Below are positions 62,570 through 64,000 of a DNA stretch of 64,000 nucleotides, in pieces. A model generated the notes under the pieces. The model saw only the letters and a program-made list of their open reading frames with translations. It was not told the origin of the DNA and did not search any database. Made by a program: the position numbers and the translations under genes. The DNA comes from Setoptus koraiensis (lineage: Eukaryota > Animalia > Arthropoda), in assembly GCA_048013815.1 (NCBI GenBank), contig CM106585.1:1984001-2048000 (forward strand), given 5' to 3'. Numbering within the stretch: the first letter of the stretch is position 1; the number at the start of each line of letters is the position of its first letter.

Positions 62570-64000
62570 ACCGTTATTTCTTACTCAAATGTTAAAGGTC
62601 TATTATTGTTAAAATGTGGATGAAGGATGTAATAAATACTCGTGATTGCCTGCTTATGAATGAAGTCTTTAACTTTCTTCCCAAATCACCACATTTAATA
62701 TAGTGAGGATAGGTTACTCATGCTGCAGCCAAATGTAGGAGGGTTCAATGTCAAGTAACAATGAATAGCTCACAAACACAAAGACTTTGAGTCTATTCAG
62801 AATCTAGGCACTCGGAAAACTACTTCCTAATCGAGTAGTGACCTGAGGTGTTTCGCATGATAACACATTTAAATGCATCCACTATTTCAATTGCGAACTA
62901 TAATTGATTTAGTCAAGTAGACTAAGAACTATTGTGATGATTGGCAGTTCGTCAAGATTTTGAAGTTGGACAAAAGATGATTACAAGAATGATGAGCATT
63001 AGGATAATGATTATGCATGATAATGTACAAGTAAAGATATCTCCAACTAGTACGAGAAAAAATGCTTCTTACAGATTACAATGCTCACTTTGTGAGGCTT
63101 GCATCAGTGCTCTTCCCTTCGAAGCAGGTCGCACCTATCACCGGTCATAATTGTTGTTGGCAGTTCGAAGCCAGTTGATAGCCCTCACTGACGGAAACTA
63201 TCACAAAGTGAATAAGAAAAAGAAAAAGGGAGAGACAGAGATTGCCTTTCATTGATTGTTGACATATGGTGATAGTGACTGGGATGATGGGTGTAGTTTT
63301 AAGAACAAGTCAAAACTGTACTTGCTGCACTGTATGTGGTATACCTGTTGATTTGCATTCAGCACATTAGTAGAGAAGTAAAGATACTGGTGATGGCAGA
63401 GAAAATAGTGAGGTGCAAATCAAATCGCACACATGAATCAAGTTTCATTTAAACAGAGAAAAAAGGAAACCAATGGAAACCAATGGAAACAACAAGGTTA
63501 CATAACTGCTTATAACTTCAACTCAACTAGTCAAAGGAAGGAGAATATATAATGTTGGAGACAGTTAACGACTCAAATCCTACTTGACTTTCACAATTTA
63601 CGGTGCCAAACCACACACACTGTTATACTAGCATCATATAAAACGGTTCATACGAGTCCAACTAATATGTATAATATATCAGGTAGACTGGTGGAAAGAC
63701 ATGATATTCTTGAAACACAAGTAAATCTATTGAGTTAAAGATAATTCCAGGTGTTAAGAATGTACCATGTTTCATTTTTCAGACAGAAGCAATCTCCCTT
63801 TCTTATCTATGCAACGGTCCACCTATCTCACTTTCTCACTTAATGTAGCTGGGTGTATATATCTGCAGTAGACAAAATCAATATGCTACTGGTCCGGGTA
63901 ACTATGTGGAAACAACTACTTTAACTGAAAGAAACTTGATTCGATAAACGAATGTATATACCGTTAAGAACAAGTCTCTCTAACTGGCCTTAGGAAATCA

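Noticed and set aside
62930-63200. Minus-strand TM-like stretch (IFTCTLSCIIIILMLIILVIIFC) and an EGF-like TGDRCD
   Set aside because: I could not join them in one frame through canonical splice sites without stops.

Overview
Eukaryotic (animal, arthropod-like) genomic DNA with short GT-AG introns, very large exons, poly-Gln-rich proteins and dense microsatellites. This is most consistent with a compact, intron-poor acariform mite genome, which is an inference and not an identification. Genes recognised by eye: a six-finger C2H2 transcription factor (3184-4694, +), a CECR2/dikar-like DDT/WHIM chromatin protein with no bromodomain visible (10885-12379, +), an FLVCR-family MFS transporter (15245-16734, +), a divergent, C-terminally truncated Argonaute (L1-PAZ-L2-partial MID; 16981-18267, -), an M14B carboxypeptidase (21512-24109, +) and a Ptp69D-like receptor tyrosine phosphatase whose two PTP domains both look catalytically degenerate (55532/56219-62569, +). 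The Argonaute is interrupted by a poly-G tract and ends at a 500-N gap. The 8-15 kb region is a mosaic of duplications: exact 557-bp direct repeats, a decayed zinc-finger paralog and a perfect 27-bp inverted repeat. The 24.3-31 kb stretch holds a HEATR5 remnant, a RING plus chromodomain-like ORF with an internal stop, an intronless orphan secreted protein made of two 6-Cys repeats (the best novelty candidate) and a cystatin-like remnant. From about 31 to 55.5 kb there is an apparent gene desert full of unrelated short minisatellites and rich in GGGGCC. No rRNA, tRNA, CRISPR array or intact transposase was recognised. All family assignments come from remembered motifs, not database searches.
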